DNA of 64,000 nucleotides, from NCBI RefSeq assembly GCF_018977255.1, contig NW_024704743.1, positions 94,552,001 to 94,616,000 on the forward strand. The letters are read 5' to 3'. Of the stretch, positions 60,163-64,000 are shown piece by piece; the first letter of the stretch is position 1; each line of letters starts with the position of its first letter. The translations under genes were made by a program, and so were the position numbers. The DNA is from Callorhinchus milii. Its lineage: Eukaryota. The notes under the pieces were generated by a model. That model did no database searches. It was not told the DNA's origin and was given only the letters and a program-made list of their open reading frames with translations.

Positions 60163-62385
60163 TTACACAACAACAAGAACAACAAGATTCCATTTATAAA
60201 GCGCCTTTCACGTCGGGAGGACGTCCCAAGGCGCTGTACAGTTGGGTCAGGACCCGAGCAGGGGGGAAATGGTCAGGGTGAGGGGAGGGAAGGGAGGGAG
60301 CGAGGAGGGGGTAGAGAGTCGAGAGGGGAGCTGAAGGCACGGTCAAAGAGAAAGGTCTTGAGACCGCCTTGAAGGAGGAAAGGGAGGAAGCGGCGAAGGC
60401 ACTGGGGGATAGAGTTCCAGAGCCTCGGGGCTGAGAGGCTGAAGGCCCGGCCACCGATGGTAGGGCGGTTGGGGCGGGGGATGTGGAGCAGACCGGAGCC
60501 AGAGGAACGGAGGGTATGGGCAGGTAGGTAGGGGGATAGTAGGTCGGAGAGGTAGGAGGGAGCAAGGCCGTGACTGGCCTTGTAGGTGACGATGAGGATC
60601 TTGAATTCGATCGTCTGGGGGATGGGGAGCCAGTGGAGGCGAGCGAGGGTGGGAGTGATGTGTTCCCGAAGCCTGGTGCGGGACAGTACACGAGCTGCAG
60701 AGTTCTGAATGACCTGCAGCTTGTGGAGGGAGGTGCCGGGAAGGCCGGCGAGGAGAGAGTTCCCGTAGTCCAGCCTTGAGGTGATAAAGGCGTGGACCAG
60801 AGTTTCAGCAGCGTGAGGGGTGAGGTAGTGCCGTAGTCTGGCGACATTCCGGAGGTGATGGAAGGCGGTGCCAGTTGTGGCGCGGATATGAGGGAGAAAA
60901 GACAGCTCAGGGTCAAACCGAACGCCGAGGTTCCTGACTGACTTTGAGAGGTGGAGAGTGCAGCCTTGGATGCTGATGCTGTCAGCGCCTGAGGTGCGGA
61001 GGCAATCAGGAGGGCCTCAGTTTTACGCACGTTGAGCTGAAGAAAGTTGTCTCTCGTCCAGGACTCAGTGTCAGACAGGCAGACTGTCAGGACATCGGTG
61101 GTCGTGGAGTTGAGGGTAGAGGAGGAAAGGTAGAGTTGGGTGTCATCCGCATACATGTGGAAGTTAACCCCATGTCTGCGGATGATGTCACCAAGGGGGA
61201 GCATATAGAGGGTGAAGAGGAGGGGATCGAGGACAGAGCCCTGAGGGACACCGCACGAGACAGTGTGGGGGCCGGAGGAAAAGCCGTTCGTGGAAACAAA
61301 GTGAAGACGGTGGGAGAGGTACGAACTAAACCACTCAAGGACAGGGCCTTGAAGGTTGAGGTGGGAGGACAAGCGGTGGAGGAGGATAGCATGGTCGACC
61401 GTATTGAATGCTGCCGATAGGTCGAGGAGGACGAGGAGGCAGAGGGAGCCCTGGTCACAGATGGTCAGGATGTCATTGGTGACCTTGACCAGGGCAGTTT
61501 CTGTGCTATGGGCAGCACGGAAACCCGACTGAAGGGGTTCGAATAATGAATGGGTGGAGAGGAAAGAGCGCAGCTGGGAGGCGACAACTCGTTCCAGGAC
61601 CTTGGACAGGAAGGGGAGGTTGGAGATGGGCCGGTAGCTTGATAGCTGCGACGCATCAAGGGAGGGTTTTTTCAAGGTGGGAGTGATGGTGGCAGTTTTT
61701 AAGGGAATGGGAACAGAGCCAGAGGAGAGGGACAGGTTGACGATGTCTGTGATATGTGGGGCAAGGAGGTGGAGCTGGGAGATAAGGAGTGGAGTGGGGA
61801 TGGGGTCAAGGGAGCAGGTGGTGGGTTTCAGGGATAGGATGAGTTTGGTGACAGAGGGTGGGGAAACGGGTACGAAAGTGTGTAGGGGAGGATGGGTAGG
61901 AGTCGGAGTGTGGGAGGGAAGGGGTGGGGGGTGGGTGGATGTTGGAGGGGAAGTGACCCGGAGCGAATTCCCTTGATTTTGGATTCACGGAAATCCAGCA
62001 TCTCCTCTCAGTGAAGGTTGGAGGAGATGACCTGCGCGGGGTGGCGGGGGGGATGGAGGCGTCGGGATGTGGTAGAAAACAGTAGCCTGGGGTTGTTCTT
62101 CGCCTCCAGGATTATCCTGGAGTAGAAGGACGACTTGGCCGAGGCTAGAGTGGAGCGGTAGATTTTGAGGAGGTCCAGCCAGATTTGTCGGTGGACCGTT
62201 AGGCCAGATTTGACGCAGGTGCATTCAGCGGCCCGCACCTGGCTCTTCAGTGAGCGGAGGTGGGTGGTGAACCAGGGGGAGGAGCGAGAGTAGGAGACAG
62301 TACAGGAGGTGATGGGGGCAAAAGTATCGAGTGTGGAGGAGAGGGTGTTGTGGAGGAGGGTGAGAGGAGAAGAGGGGTCAGTGAC
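60163..62385 (-). mobile_element. L2-clade LINE, 5'-truncated, young, frameshifted RT
   Basis: ORF 60194-61675 contains [58 protein letters not shown]. It ends in a 3' stem-loop GCGCCTT...AAGGCGC and a (TTG)n tail. Confidence 0.95.
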
Positions 62386-64000
62386 ACATTGCTGAGTCAG
62401 AATTCCAACAATGTAATGTAAAAATACTGATGAATTAATTATGGCATGATGCTAAATGCTTCTGGTACTCAAGTGGTTCATAATAATCCTTGCATTTGCT
62501 ATTATTATTATTATTAAGTGTTTAAAGCAGTTTAATCGTTCATTAGTAACGTTCTTCTTTAAAGAAAGACGGCGTTTGGGCTAAGTGATGTGGGGTTGTT
62601 GCAGCTGTTGCTGTTAGACTGGTGGAGGAATGAATGAAGGAAGGGCTTCCCCTGCCTGCTGCCTTGATGTCTCACTGCAGCACCATGGTAGGGGAGCATT
62701 AGTGAGCAGTGATGTCAGCGGCGCTCCCCACCCCTCCCCCTGTGCCTGTCCCCCTGACACAGATGCAGTGAGTGAGTGAACACAGAGCATCTTTTATCTG
62801 CAACAAACCTAGCCTTTCCTACCAGTCTCTTAGGATGAATGCATTGCATTATTTGGAAACCGAGTCCCGTTGCACGGAGTAAGATGCACGTTTTTTGAAC
62901 TTATAACTGAATTCGCTGGTTGCTAATATTTGATCATCATATGTCTATTTTATTATCATTATATTATTATTAAAGGTAGGAATTACAAGAGCAGGGGTTT
63001 GTTTTTTAGTGAGGAAGGAGACAAACCAGACCTGCTGCTGGGTTTGTGTTGATAAATGGCAGTGAGATAACAATGACATGGCAGAGTCACATCATTAGCT
63101 CACAAAGTGATGTATCTGCACAGCGAGGGGCTTCGTATCATGTTGCCCTCCAGGCAGTTTCTCTTGTGTTGTCTGGGAACTAAAGAGGTATTTTAGCAGT
63201 TTTCAAACAGTGTTGGGGGGTGGGTAGGAAGGAAGTGCATCATGTGATTTTGAGCACTAAAGATTCCCATCAGCATCCAGAAGCAGAAGCTGTTGTAATA
63301 TAACACCAGGTCACTGTATTACCATCTCAGTGTCTCAAGGTCCCCTGCCACCCCCACTTCCAATCCCACTGAATATTTTCTTCTTTTAAAAAGCGTTGCA
63401 TTTTATTGCAGTTCACGATTAGAATCGAATCAGCTTTTAATGCAATATCGTAAATTGTAGGAAAGCAAGTTGAAAGAGGAAGATGGGGTTTGTTAGTTGG
63501 TTGTTAGTTGGGGGGAGAAACAAAAAGCAGTGCCTGTTTGCTGTGTAACCACGGGATAAGACAGGTGAAACTTACAGGAGTTCCTCCCATAGCTGATTGT
63601 GCAAGAGTTAAACTAGTCAAGTTGTCGCTGCAGTGTTCAAATTGTGTAGCTTTTTTGCTTCTTTTAAACCTTACTTAATATTGTGCAATTAAATGCATGT
63701 TTCGATTTGTGTATGATTAAAGTGTAGTTGTATATTCAATGTGTGTAATTGATAAACTTTAATACTGTTATTATCTTATCTTTGAAAGCTTCCAGTAAAC
63801 TGTAGAGGGTTGGTTTCTGAAGTTTCTTAAGATTCTATATAGTAAATACACCTTTCCCACCGAAAATACAAACTTTTGTATTTGTTTTAAGTCATTTTTT
63901 TCCCATTACTACCTATTGAACTACATTTTCAAAACTCTTCCCAATTGTTTTGTTTGGGAGAGAATAATTCAGCACCCCACCCCCCACTCCCACACACACA

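Noticed and set aside
60194..61675. Intact active reverse transcriptase or retron-like system
   Set aside because: An ordinary L2 RT, frameshifted after ALLI, 5'-truncated and lacking an intact endonuclease domain.
62672..62698. Full REST/RE1 site
   Set aside because: Only the left half matches; the right half GGACAG is absent.
51372..64000. Canonical NOL4 exon 5 (DESSIESDEFDMSDST-like)
   Set aside because: I could not find it; it probably lies beyond the window.

Overview
Eukaryotic vertebrate DNA. The repeat content (L2 LINEs with (CAA)n tails, shark-type CR1, DeuSINE/SacSINE1-like elements, a young tRNA-Ala-derived SINE and Penelope remnants) points to a cartilaginous fish, possibly a chimaera (inference). 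The window holds the 5' half of NOL4 (nucleolar protein 4) on the + strand: a CpG-island promoter (~13.3-15.2 kb) and four coding exons with canonical GT-AG junctions that splice in frame (14627-14908, 25691-25840, 46394-46505, 51259-51371). The gene continues beyond the window. The rest is intronic or intergenic: many LINE/SINE fragments, a hairpin-forming 24-bp minisatellite just upstream of the promoter, and a 3.7-kb G-rich ~42-bp minisatellite that arose inside an L2 remnant. There are no prokaryotic-type systems and no CRISPR array. The most notable observations are an integrase-type HHCC zinc finger in NOL4 split across exons 2/3, the LINE-born G4 minisatellite, degenerate Penelope hammerhead ribozyme motifs, SINE/L2 3' stem-loop sharing, a candidate internal promoter or 45-nt exon at ~62.8 kb, and an unclassified structured repeat family. 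All calls were made by eye and from recalled family motifs; repeat boundaries are approximate.
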